DNA from: Eubacteriales bacterium
GTDB taxonomy: Bacteria; Bacillota; Clostridia; Oscillospirales; CAG-272
Direction: 5' to 3'
NCBI GenBank assembly: GCA_045125655.1
Contig: JBGVNP010000063.1
Coordinates: 9-64,008, forward strand
Length of the DNA: 64,000 nucleotides
The translations under genes were made by a program, and so were the position numbers. The notes under the pieces are model-generated. The model saw nothing but the letters and a program-made list of their open reading frames with translations, was not told where the DNA came from and ran no database searches. Of the stretch, positions 16,658-25,627 are shown in pieces (positions within the stretch are counted from its first letter, which is position 1; each line of letters opens with the position of its first letter).

Positions 16658-17992
16658 TTATTCTTCCGAATCCTCTTCTTCAAGAACGGGCTCTTCCTCC
16701 CGAACTGTAACCTCAATTTCATGGGACATAATGTCGTCTGCTTTGGTTACGGTTACGGTCAATTTTTCATAATCAAATGTAAAGCCGATTTCGGGAATAC
16801 TTTCAGCTCTTTCGTTAACCCAACCGTTAACGGTTGTCGAATCGCTTTCTTCGTCAACGTCAAGCTCAAAGAACGTAAAGAACTCGTCAAGAGAAACAGT
16901 GGAAAGAACTCTGTATTTGTCATCTCCGATTTCCTTGATGGGAAGGATCTCCTCGTCGGATTCATCCCAAATTTCACCAACAAGCTCTTCAATAATATCC
17001 TCCATACTTACAACACCCGAGGTGAGTCCGTATTCGTTAACTACGATGGCTATATGGTTGTGAGTATCCTGCATCTCCTTAAGGAGAGCATCAAGGTGCA
17101 TAGTTTCGGGAACGTATTTGGGAGAGAACATAGCATCCTCAAGCTTGAAATGAGGATTTGTGTGATTAAGAAGATACTCTCTGGTGTAAAGCACACCGGT
17201 TATCTTGTCAAGACTTTCTTGATAAACGGGAATACGTGAATAACCTTCCTCCTTGATGACCTCAAGCAGATCAGTATCGGAAATATCCTCGGGGATTGCA
17301 ACGAGTGACGTTCTTTGAGTCATAACGTCAGCTGCGGTAAGGTTGTCAAGCTTAAATACGTTCTTTATGTATTCAACGTCATCCTCGTCGAGACCGCCCT
17401 CGTCAGCACCGGCATCGAGCATAGTAACGATATCCTCTTCTGAAACGGCTTCTTCCTTTTCATCGGGATCAATACCGAAAAGCTTCAAAATTCCGTTGGT
17501 TGAAACGGTCAAGAACCAAATGACAGGTTTAAGAATCGATGTCATAACTGAAACAACGCCACAAAATGCCTTTGCAACCTTTTCCTTGTGCTTCATCGCG
17601 ATTCTCTTGGGAACGAGCTCGCCGAGAACAAGTGTGAAGTATGAAAGAATGAGAGTTACAAGTATAACCGATACAGTTTGTATAAGTCCGGCGTACTGAG
17701 AAATGTCAAATTGCTTTACGATTGTTTCAGAGAGCATATCACCAAAGCTGTCGGCTGCAAAAGCGGAGCCCAAGAATCCGGCAAGAGTGATGCCAACCTG
17801 AATCGTTGACAAGAACTTTGTGGGGTCATCGATAATGTTTACTAATTTTTCTGCTTTTTTATCACCGTCATCAGCCATTGCCTTCATTTTCTGGCTGTTG
17901 AGTGAGATCACCGCGATCTCTGTCGCGGCAAAGAATGCATTAAGTGCAATAAGTGCAAATTGTAATAATAACTGACTAAATATATTAGGCAT
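16658..17992 (-). CDS. CNNM/HlyC-CorC family transporter (DUF21 TM domain + CBS pair + CorC_HlyC domain)
   Basis: It has an N-terminal DUF21-like TM region (FFAATEIAVISLN), a central CBS pair and a C-terminal CorC/HlyC transporter-associated domain. The C-terminal tail is acidic. Confidence 0.85.
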   Translation of the reverse strand: MPNIFSQLLLQFALIALNAFFAATEIAVISLNSQKMKAMADDGDKKAEKLVNIIDDPTKFLSTIQVGITLAGFLGSAFAADSFGDMLSETIVKQFDISQYAGLIQTVSVILVTLILSYFTLVLGELVPKRIAMKHKEKVAKAFCGVVSVMTSILKPVIWFLTVSTNGILKLFGIDPDEKEEAVSEEDIVTMLDAGADEGGLDEDDVEYIKNVFKLDNLTAADVMTQRTSLVAIPEDISDTDLLEVIKEEGYSRIPVYQESLDKITGVLYTREYLLNHTNPHFKLEDAMFSPKYVPETMHLDALLKEMQDTHNHIAIVVNEYGLTSGVVSMEDIIEELVGEIWDESDEEILPIKEIGDDKYRVLSTVSLDEFFTFFELDVDEESDSTTVNGWVNERAESIPEIGFTFDYEKLTVTVTKADDIMSHEIEVTVREEEPVLEEEDSEE

Positions 17993-18196
17993 AAATCCTC
18001 CAAATTAAAAATTCAAATGTTGTTCATAGAGCTAGCGAAGAGTGCATATCATCAGCACTTGAGCGGTGAATGCACTATTTTGCTCGGAAACGAAAAGCAT
18101 CTGAACAATTTGGAATGACAGTCGTTATAGAACCGAGTTACAGGGCAACTTCGGGGTAATGGGTCCACGGTAGTAAACTCCTTTCATAATAATACA
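17993..18196 (-). promoter_or_regulatory. long structured 5' leader with anti-SD segment (candidate riboswitch or attenuator, class unassigned)
   Basis: About 200 nt lie between the predicted -10 and the ATG. UUCCAAAUUG (18115..18106) is complementary to UAAUUUGGAG (18007..17998), which overlaps the SD: 8 Watson-Crick (WC) plus 2 GU pairs. Nested helices are CUCGG/CCGAG and AACGA/UCGUU. Two alternative AGUGC partners compete for one GCACU. Confidence 0.45.
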
Positions 18197-18202
18197 GCAT
18201 AC

Positions 18203-18231
18203 ATTATAGCATACATTTTTTGCAATTTCAA
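18203..18231 (-). promoter_or_regulatory. sigma-A-type promoter for the CNNM/CorC leader
   Basis: The minus strand reads TTGAAA (18231..18226), a 17-nt spacer, then TATAAT (18208..18203). Confidence 0.5.
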
Positions 18232-18291
18232 TAGGTTTTACTTATTTTTTATTGAAATATAAAAAATATGAAAGAAAAAGAAGATTATTTG

Positions 18292-18320
18292 TTGACTGCA
18301 AAAACTAATTGTGATAAAAT
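18292..18320 (+). promoter_or_regulatory. sigma-A-type promoter for the UPF0597 gene
   Basis: TTGACT, a 17-nt spacer with a TG-containing extended region, then TAAAAT. Confidence 0.45.
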
Positions 18321-18348
18321 AAGTTTAATTTGTATTAAGGAGGATATT

Positions 18349-19635
18349 ATGCTTTCAACTGATATTGTAAAGGCATACGAGGACATTCTCATAGAGGAGC
18401 TTCAAGTTGCCATGGGGTGCACCGAGCCCATAGCTATCGCATACGCATCCGCTATTGCGCGAGACGCGCTTGGAGTTGTTCCGCAAAGGATAACTGTAAG
18501 ACTCAGCGGCAATATTATAAAGAACGTAAAAAGCGTTATCGTTCCATCCACTGCGGGAATGCACGGAATAGAGAGCGCAGTTGCTGCAGGTGTTATCTCT
18601 AACAGATACGATTTAAAGCTCGAGCTTTTATCGAACTTACATGACAAGGATATACCGTTAATTCAACAGCTCAAAGAAAAATGTGAAATAATACTCGAGG
18701 AGCTCGAAAGTCCTTGCAATTTTGACCTTTTTATAAAAGCAGAAGCTGATGGTCATAAAGCGAAGGTAAGAATATCCGATTATCATACTAACGTGGTTTT
18801 GGTAGAGCTTGACGGCAAGGATCTTACTCCCCATTATAGAAACGAAAGCGCAGAGATAGGCAAGAGCTTAAAGAAGGCGGACAGAGGACTTCTGAACGTT
18901 AAGGACGTGGTAGAGTTCGCTGAAAGTGCCGATCTGTCAAGAATCAAACCCCACCTTCTTAAGCAGATCGAGATGAATATGGCTATTGCCAATGAAGGAC
19001 TCACAAACGATTACGGTGCAACCATAGGAAAGATACTTTATCAGAACGGAAATGCAACCTTAAAGGATAGAATAAAGGGCTATGCAGCGGCAGGAAGTGA
19101 TGCTCGAATGAGTGGATGCGAATTGCCCGTGTGCATCATTTCGGGCAGTGGAAACCAAGGCATCACCGCATCCGTGCCCGTGGTGGTATATGCCCGTGAA
19201 AACGGAATAGATGAGGAAACAATGCTAAGAGCTCTCCTTGTTTCTGACCTTTTGACAATACATCAAAAAACGGGTATAGGAACACTTTCAGCATATTGCG
19301 GTGCAATAAGTGCAGGTGTTGGAGCGGGCGCAGGTATCTGTTATCTTAAGGGAGGAAGATATCACGAGATTGCACATACTCTTGTAAATGCGGTTGCCAT
19401 CCTTTCGGGAACAATATGCGACGGAGCTAAGGCATCCTGCGCGGCAAAGATAGCGATGGCAGTGGAGGCAGGACTTGTAGGATGTGATATGTCCTTTGCT
19501 AACAAGCAATTTTACGGCGGTGACGGAATTGTTAAAAAGGGTGTTGAAAACACCATTCGCAACGTGGGACTTCTTGCAAGAGAAGGAATGAGCACCACTG
19601 ATAAAGAGATCATCAAAATAATGCTCGAAAATTAA
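18349..19635 (+). CDS. UPF0597 / serine-dehydratase-alpha-like protein (L-cysteine desulfidase family)
   Basis: MGCTEPIAIAYA and the GSGNQG-containing core are typical of the YhaM/CyuA-like family. The start was chosen at the ATG 7 nt after AAGGAGGA. Confidence 0.7.
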   Translation: MLSTDIVKAYEDILIEELQVAMGCTEPIAIAYASAIARDALGVVPQRITVRLSGNIIKNVKSVIVPSTAGMHGIESAVAAGVISNRYDLKLELLSNLHDKDIPLIQQLKEKCEIILEELESPCNFDLFIKAEADGHKAKVRISDYHTNVVLVELDGKDLTPHYRNESAEIGKSLKKADRGLLNVKDVVEFAESADLSRIKPHLLKQIEMNMAIANEGLTNDYGATIGKILYQNGNATLKDRIKGYAAAGSDARMSGCELPVCIISGSGNQGITASVPVVVYARENGIDEETMLRALLVSDLLTIHQKTGIGTLSAYCGAISAGVGAGAGICYLKGGRYHEIAHTLVNAVAILSGTICDGAKASCAAKIAMAVEAGLVGCDMSFANKQFYGGDGIVKKGVENTIRNVGLLAREGMSTTDKEIIKIMLEN

Positions 19636-19669
19636 TAAGTTAACAAAATCATTACATAAAGGAGAACCT

Positions 19670-22474
19670 ATGAAAAACTTTACTTTTACTAACAAAACAA
19701 GATTTGACTCCTGCGGATACGACGTTTACGAATATGATCATATAAGCGGAGCAAAGCTTATATATATCGATTCGGGTACGGAGGAAAAATCCTTCTGCGC
19801 GGCGTTTAAAACGATTCCCGAGGATTCAACGGGCGTGTTCCATATTCTTGAACATTCCGTGCTTGACGGCTCAAAGAACTATCCTATGAATTCTCCATTC
19901 CTCTTTATGCTTAAGAACTCAATGAATACCTTTCTTAATGCAATGACCTTCCAGGGTAAAACTATGTATCCCTGTGCATCCTGTAACCCCGATGATTTTG
20001 AAAATCTCATGAAGGTATATCTTGATGCAGTATTCAACCCCCTTCTTGCAGAGGGTACGTTTCTTCGAGAGGGATGGCATATTGAAAAGGCAGAGAACGG
20101 CTATGATATAAAGGGTGTAGTTTATAACGAGATGCAGGGTGCGGGCGCATCCATTCAGCGTCAGCTTTACGGTGCAATGACTGCCGACCTTTACCCCGAT
20201 ACCTATCAGAAATACAATAGCGGCGGTGAGCCCTCTGTAATTCCTTCGCTTACTTACGAGAACTACCTTGCGGCTTATAGAAAGTATTACAGTACCGCAA
20301 ACTGTGTGCTTTTCCTTCGCGGAAATATGGATATCGACAGATATACTGATATAATCGACAAGTGGCTTGCGGGCGCGTCGCAGGAGAGAAACGATATAAG
20401 ACATACCGTTCAGGGACCCAATCACAGAGTGTGTGAGCACGAGTATCCCATTTCTCCCTCGGAGGATACAAAGGGCAAGACAAACATCATATATTCCTAT
20501 AACGTAGGTATGTATAACGATGCCGAAAGACAGATGGCGGCAGGACTTCTTGCAAACTATCTTATGGATAATAGCTCCTCTCCTCTTAAAAAAGCACTCA
20601 CGTCAAGCGGACTTATGGCTGATGCGGATATCTATGATTCAAGTGACGATATCCAGACCTCTTGGGGCTTTGCGGCATATAACACTGAGAAGGAACACTG
20701 CGACACCATCAAGAAAATAATTGACGATACCATTCAAGGCATCATTGATAACGGAATAGATAAGGAAATCATGCTTTCACAGATTTCATCAACCCGTTTT
20801 AAGATGAAGGAGCAGAGAAATGCAGTAACAGGACTTTGCATCTACGATTTTATCAATATCGCAAATAACTCCTTCTACGGTGTGCCTCTCAATACTTATT
20901 TTGAGATCGATGATACCTTTGAAAAATTCGAGCGTGAGCTTGATAACGGATATTTTGAAAATCTTCTTCGCGAGATATTCTTTGAAAACGAGATAACAGC
21001 AATCAGCGTCCTTGTTCCCGTGCAGAGAGAATCAAGTGCCGCCCATCTTGCAACCGTTGAAAAGTACACCGCACCTCTTTCTGACGATCTCAAGGACGAA
21101 GCATTCAAGAGATTTGTTGACGGCACAAAGGAGGCAATGGACAGAGATACTCCCGAGGCGATTTCAAAAATGCCCACACTTTCTCTTGATAAGCTCACAA
21201 AGGAGCTTCCCAAAAAGGAATTTAACGTTGAGGGTAACGTTCTTCATACACCTGCCAAAACAAACGGCATAGCATATTACCGATTCTATTTCTCACTTGC
21301 AGGACTTGATGCAGACGAGATAATGACTGTAGAGCTTCTTTCAAGATCTCTCGGTGACTTTGCAACGGACTCTCATACCCCCTCCGAGCTTTCCAATATG
21401 CTCAACCGATATGCAGGCAAGTGGAAATTCAGCACAACAACGATCTCTCCCACTATGGATAAGGCAGAGCCATATCTTGTTGTAAGCGTGGCTTGTCTTG
21501 AAAATAATGCACCAAAGGCGCTTGCAATCATAAGTGAAATTCTTACAAAGACAGTTTATGACGAGGAAACTGCCAAAACCGTTCTTGCACGCGAGCTCAA
21601 TAATACAAGAATGCAGTTTATGGGCAACGGCGTGGGACTTGCACTCAACACCTCCGAATCCCTCATCTCTGCAAGCGGATATTACAGTACCCTCACAGGC
21701 GGTTATCCTATCTTCACTAAGATTCAGGAATATGCAAATGCCCCCAAGACATTCTGTGATAATGCAAAAGCACTTCTTGGAAGAGTATTCAACGCTGAAA
21801 ATCTCTGCTATACAGGCCTTACGGGAGATAAGGAGCTTCTTGTTAATAAGCTCGAGCTTCCCGAAGGCGCAAAGCTTGACGGTGCAACGCTTACAAATCC
21901 CGAAACAAAGAAGGTAGCGTTTGCAATTCCTGCAGGAATTAGCTTTAACTGCCGTTCGCTTGATATAAGTGGTATTCTTCCTTTCAGTGGAAAACATATA
22001 GCGCTCTCCAATCTTCTTTCTCTTGGATATTTGTGGCACAATATCAGAGAGGTCGGCGGTGCTTACGGAACAGGACTCCGTTTTGCAAGACGCGGTGCGT
22101 TGAACGTTTATTCATATCGCGATCCCAAGGTTAAGGAAACCTATGAGATATACGATAATATCGCAAATTATCTTGCAAATACTGAATTTACCGACGGTGA
22201 GATTCTCGGATGTATAATCAGTACACTTGCAGATTTTGTTAATCCCAAATCCGTGGAGCAAGAGGGAATTGAGAATGAAATGAGCCACCTTGCAAATTAT
22301 ACCTATGAGGAAAGAGCAAAGCATATGGCAGAGGTTCTCTCCTTTAATAAAGAGGATATAAAGAGCTTCGTTCCCATATTTGAAGCATTCAGCTCTCACT
22401 GCGCGGAATGCTCGGTAGGTAACGGTGCAAACCAAAACGATTATGGTAAATTTGATGAAATTATCAATCTTTAA
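19670..22474 (+). CDS. M16C insulinase-family zinc metallopeptidase (PreP-like)
   Basis: It has the inverted zincin motif HILEH (FHILEHSVLDGS). Its 934-aa length is typical of M16C presequence-protease-like enzymes. Confidence 0.85.
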   Translation: MKNFTFTNKTRFDSCGYDVYEYDHISGAKLIYIDSGTEEKSFCAAFKTIPEDSTGVFHILEHSVLDGSKNYPMNSPFLFMLKNSMNTFLNAMTFQGKTMYPCASCNPDDFENLMKVYLDAVFNPLLAEGTFLREGWHIEKAENGYDIKGVVYNEMQGAGASIQRQLYGAMTADLYPDTYQKYNSGGEPSVIPSLTYENYLAAYRKYYSTANCVLFLRGNMDIDRYTDIIDKWLAGASQERNDIRHTVQGPNHRVCEHEYPISPSEDTKGKTNIIYSYNVGMYNDAERQMAAGLLANYLMDNSSSPLKKALTSSGLMADADIYDSSDDIQTSWGFAAYNTEKEHCDTIKKIIDDTIQGIIDNGIDKEIMLSQISSTRFKMKEQRNAVTGLCIYDFINIANNSFYGVPLNTYFEIDDTFEKFERELDNGYFENLLREIFFENEITAISVLVPVQRESSAAHLATVEKYTAPLSDDLKDEAFKRFVDGTKEAMDRDTPEAISKMPTLSLDKLTKELPKKEFNVEGNVLHTPAKTNGIAYYRFYFSLAGLDADEIMTVELLSRSLGDFATDSHTPSELSNMLNRYAGKWKFSTTTISPTMDKAEPYLVVSVACLENNAPKALAIISEILTKTVYDEETAKTVLARELNNTRMQFMGNGVGLALNTSESLISASGYYSTLTGGYPIFTKIQEYANAPKTFCDNAKALLGRVFNAENLCYTGLTGDKELLVNKLELPEGAKLDGATLTNPETKKVAFAIPAGISFNCRSLDISGILPFSGKHIALSNLLSLGYLWHNIREVGGAYGTGLRFARRGALNVYSYRDPKVKETYEIYDNIANYLANTEFTDGEILGCIISTLADFVNPKSVEQEGIENEMSHLANYTYEERAKHMAEVLSFNKEDIKSFVPIFEAFSSHCAECSVGNGANQNDYGKFDEIINL

Positions 22475-22485
22475 TCGAATAAAAA

Positions 22486-22516
22486 GGAGCGTCTGCATTT
22501 GCGGGCGCTCTTTTTA
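22486..22516 (+). terminator. intrinsic terminator
   Basis: An imperfect GC stem (GGAGCGTCTGC...GCGGGCGCTC) is followed by TTTTT. Confidence 0.6.
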
Positions 22517-22654
22517 TAAAAACTATGACAGCATAAATATTCAAAAAAACGGTCGCATTTATTAAATTTTTACAGTAAAAAGTGAATATTTAAATGAATA
22601 ATGTGAATATGGATATACAAAACAATAAAAATTGATAAAAAATATCAATTTTTG

Positions 22655-22683
22655 TTGACAAATCAACAATACAATGATATAAT
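22655..22683 (+). promoter_or_regulatory. sigma-A-type promoter with adjacent 10-bp inverted repeat
   Basis: TTGACA, a 17-nt spacer, then TATAAT. The perfect inverted repeat AAAATTGATA-N5-TATCAATTTT (22628-22652) abuts the -35. Confidence 0.55.
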
Positions 22684-22743
22684 ACACAAAAATGTCGCAA
22701 TATGTAACATTTTTATTCAAAAATAGAAAGTTAGGAAAGACCT

Positions 22744-23868
22744 ATGTCAATAACCATTAAAGAAGTCGTCAGAAAAAAGGATCTTGTTAATTGGGTTAGA
22801 TTTCCCAATGAGCTTTATAAGAACGATAAAAACTTCGTTCCTTTTTTGGAAAATGACGAGATTGATACATTCACCAAGGGTAAAAATCCCTCTTATGAAT
22901 TTTGCGATACCAAGTTGTTTTTAGCGTATAAGGATGATAAAATTGTCGGCAGAATCGGCGGTCTTATCAATCACGCATATAATAAAAAGTGGGAACAGAA
23001 TGCCATTCGTTTTACAAGATTCGACTTTATAGATGACTATGAGGTTTCAAAGAAGCTCTTTGATGCAGTAGTAGCTTGGGGTAAGGAGCTTGGATATAAC
23101 GAGATAAACGGTCCTATGGGCTTTAACGATACTGACCATCAGGGAATGCTCGTTGAGGGCTTTGATCAATTCAACATGTCCATCACGTTCTACAACCACC
23201 CCTATTATTTGGATCATATGGAAAAATTGGGACTTGAAAAATCCATCGACTGGATCGAATATAAGATTATATGTCCCGAAAAACCCGATGAGCGTATTGA
23301 AAGACTCTCCAAGCGCTTGCTTGATAGAGGCAAATACACCGCAGTAACGTATACCGACCGAAAGGTTCTTTATAACGATGCTTTTGAAGCCTTCAAGGTG
23401 GTTGACGAAGCGGAGGCAATACTTTTCGGTACAGTTCCGCTTACCGATGCAGTTATCAAGAATATGATTGATAACTATATTCCTCTCGTTCATCTTGATT
23501 ATATATGCTCAGTAAAGGATACTGAAGGAAAAATCGTAGCATTCGGAGTTATGGTTCCGTCACTTGCCAAGGCGTTCAAAAAATCAAACGGTAAGATGTT
23601 CCCATTTGGAATCGTTGGTATGCTTAAGGCATTGAAGTGCTATAACGATACGCTTGAAATGTATTTCGTTGCAGTTGATCCCAAGCATCAGATGTTTGGA
23701 GTTCCCGCAATACTTATGGATACACTTGTGAGAAATTGTATTAAGAATAACGTGCGCTACTGTGAAACAGGACCGATGCTTGAAACGAACAAAGCGGTTC
23801 ACGGAATGTGGAAGTACTTTGATAAGGAACAGCATAAGCGCCGTCGCTGCTATAAAAAATCTATTTAA
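22744..23868 (+). CDS. hypothetical protein, possibly GNAT/FemAB-like acyltransferase superfamily
   Basis: It is a clear ORF with AGGAAAG upstream. The family assignment rests only on a weak recollection of similar about 370-aa N-acyltransferase-like proteins. Confidence 0.4.
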   Translation: MSITIKEVVRKKDLVNWVRFPNELYKNDKNFVPFLENDEIDTFTKGKNPSYEFCDTKLFLAYKDDKIVGRIGGLINHAYNKKWEQNAIRFTRFDFIDDYEVSKKLFDAVVAWGKELGYNEINGPMGFNDTDHQGMLVEGFDQFNMSITFYNHPYYLDHMEKLGLEKSIDWIEYKIICPEKPDERIERLSKRLLDRGKYTAVTYTDRKVLYNDAFEAFKVVDEAEAILFGTVPLTDAVIKNMIDNYIPLVHLDYICSVKDTEGKIVAFGVMVPSLAKAFKKSNGKMFPFGIVGMLKALKCYNDTLEMYFVAVDPKHQMFGVPAILMDTLVRNCIKNNVRYCETGPMLETNKAVHGMWKYFDKEQHKRRRCYKKSI

Positions 23869-23886
23869 AAATGAATAAAAGATAAC

Positions 23887-23916
23887 AAAAAACGGCGAAA
23901 AATTTCGCCGTTTTTT
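23887..23916. terminator. bidirectional intrinsic terminator
   Basis: AAAAAA-CGGCGAAA..TTTCGCCG-TTTTTT. Confidence 0.8.
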
Positions 23917-23952
23917 CATTCACATAAAAATGCATATTTATTAATAAATTAT

Positions 23953-24729
23953 TCACAGACTTTTGAGCCATTTATCTGCAAGATCTACCCATACCGAGCA
24001 GGGATGGGGGGCATTTTCAGGGATATCATGACAGGTTTCGTGTGTAGCAAGAGAAAGTCCGTGGTAGCCGTCGGGGAATAAAACAAGCTCGTGTTTTACG
24101 CCGTTTTTAGTAAGCGCCTCTGCAAGATTTTTAGAGTTTTGAACGGGTACGCAACCATCGTTTTCGGTGTGCCAGATAAATGCGGGAGGAGTATCAGTAT
24201 CCACGTGTAAATCAAGTGAAAACTGATATTTTTGCTCATCTGTAGGGGTGTCATTTCCGCAGAAATTATAAAGCGTTCCAAGGTGTGTTTCACAGGTCGC
24301 AGTAACTACGGGATAGCAGAGAACCATCGCATCGGGACGAGCCGCTTTTTCAAGCAAGGTTCCGCTTGAAAGCGCAAGATGACCACCTGCCGAAAAACCA
24401 ATTACAAAAACCTTGTCAGCCCTTATATTATAAGACTCGGCATTGTCTCTGATATGCTTGATAGCTGCCTCAATCTCTCGCAAGGGACGAAGCTCTGAAG
24501 CCATTTTTGCAATCGAATATTTGAGTACAAAAGCATTATATCCGCGCGCCAAAAACTCTATAGCAATCGGCTCATTTTCGCGGTCCGAAGTGAACTCGTA
24601 GCCACCGCCCGGGCATATTAATACGGCGCGTCTTGGCTCGTTTGACATCTCAGGAGGATTGTCGCGAATATAGCTAACAAGATGTGCATTTTCATCCTGC
24701 GGAAATATGTATAATTTTTCAATTTTCAT
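23953..24729 (-). CDS. alpha/beta hydrolase (acetyl-esterase / lipase-like)
   Basis: It has a GFSAGGH nucleophile elbow (GxSxG) and HGGG-like CPGGGY. The start is at the ATG 6 nt after GAGGTG. Confidence 0.75.
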   Translation of the reverse strand: MKIEKLYIFPQDENAHLVSYIRDNPPEMSNEPRRAVLICPGGGYEFTSDRENEPIAIEFLARGYNAFVLKYSIAKMASELRPLREIEAAIKHIRDNAESYNIRADKVFVIGFSAGGHLALSSGTLLEKAARPDAMVLCYPVVTATCETHLGTLYNFCGNDTPTDEQKYQFSLDLHVDTDTPPAFIWHTENDGCVPVQNSKNLAEALTKNGVKHELVLFPDGYHGLSLATHETCHDIPENAPHPCSVWVDLADKWLKSL

Positions 24730-24844
24730 TAAAATCACCTCTTTAAATTCATTATATCACCAAAAGTTTTTTTGTCAATATAAATGTATATTTTTCATAG
24801 CTTGGGGCAAAATATTTTCACCAAATTTATCAAGGAGAAAAAAT

Positions 24845-25294
24845 ATGAATAACCCAAATAAATCCAAGGATTGCGAGCTCCTTCAGGACATTTATTCCAA
24901 CGTAAAAATGGGCTCCGAATCGATTATTAATTTGCTTCCCAAAATCAAAAATGACGATATGAAATTGCTTATGACAAACCAGCTTGACCAGTATGAAAGA
25001 TATGCACAAAACGTAAAGGATCAGCTCGTTTCTCAGGGTGTTGAGCCCAAGGAACCAAACCCTATGTCAAAGCTTAGTGCAAAGATCGGAATGGAAATGA
25101 AATCAATGCAGGATAGCACTACAAGTCATATGGCGGAGATGATGGTGCAGGGCTCAACAATGGATGTTACTGATCTTTTGCAGAAGGCAAATGCCTATGA
25201 AGATTACCCTGAATGTCGAAATTCCGTAAAGCTTGCCAAGGAAATTGTGGCTTTTGAGGAAAAAAATATCGAAAAAATGAAGGAGTTTCTATAA
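24845..25294 (+). CDS. hypothetical helical protein
   Basis: An internal ATG is preceded by AAGGAGAA. The 149-aa product has a heptad-like helical composition, and I recognise no motif. Confidence 0.5.
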   Translation: MNNPNKSKDCELLQDIYSNVKMGSESIINLLPKIKNDDMKLLMTNQLDQYERYAQNVKDQLVSQGVEPKEPNPMSKLSAKIGMEMKSMQDSTTSHMAEMMVQGSTMDVTDLLQKANAYEDYPECRNSVKLAKEIVAFEEKNIEKMKEFL

Positions 25295-25321
25295 AAATAC
25301 TGGATTTATATCAAATTTTGA

Positions 25322-25350
25322 TTGACACGCGCGCTAAAATGATATATAAT
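25322..25350 (+). promoter_or_regulatory. sigma-A-type promoter
   Basis: TTGACA, a 17-nt spacer, then TATAAT. Confidence 0.55.
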
Positions 25351-25384
25351 ATCTTATATACTTTTTAGATAGGAGAATTCAAAA

Positions 25385-25585
25385 ATGAAGGTAACAAAAG
25401 AATCCATCATCGGTGACGTTCTTGATTATAATCGCGATACAGCACAGTTTTTCTTTGAGATAGGCATGCATTGCCTTGGCTGTCCCGCATCCCGCGGAGA
25501 GTCCATTGCTGACGCTTGTGCAGTTCACGGAACAGATCCCGATAAGCTTGTTGAAAAGCTCAACGCTTTTCTTGGCAACGAATAA
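25385..25585 (+). CDS. DUF1858 / hybrid-cluster-protein-associated redox disulfide domain protein
   Basis: The pattern IGDVL....P....FFEIGMHCLGCPASRGESI..AC..HG is characteristic of this small domain. Confidence 0.75.
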   Translation: MKVTKESIIGDVLDYNRDTAQFFFEIGMHCLGCPASRGESIADACAVHGTDPDKLVEKLNAFLGNE

Positions 25586-25589
25586 AAAA

Positions 25590-25614
25590 AGAGCCTTGCA
25601 AAAGGCTCTTTTTG
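25590..25614 (+). terminator. intrinsic terminator
   Basis: AGAGCCTT-gcaa-AAGGCTCT is followed by TTTTT. Confidence 0.75.
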
Positions 25615-25627
25615 CTCTGGAGAAAAT

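Noticed and set aside
18020-18180. T-box leader on the plus strand for the UPF0597 gene
   Set aside because: GCGAAGAGUGC and GGUGAAUG look vaguely like Stem I elements. But the would-be T-box sequence reads GGGUCCACGGUAG rather than GGGUGGUACCGCG, no terminator or antiterminator follows, and the plus-strand gene has its own promoter at 18292-18320, downstream of this region.
18010-18190. M-box (Mg2+) riboswitch upstream of the CNNM/CorC gene
   Set aside because: The minus strand has GCUAGCUCUAUGA, which resembles the M-box 3' string GCUAAAGCUCUACGA as I remember it. The AAUGGGUC-like string, however, occurs only on the opposite (plus) strand. The GUUAGGUGAGGC 5' element and a P1 pairing are absent, so the conserved blocks are not collinear on either strand. 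An Rfam scan is needed to be sure.
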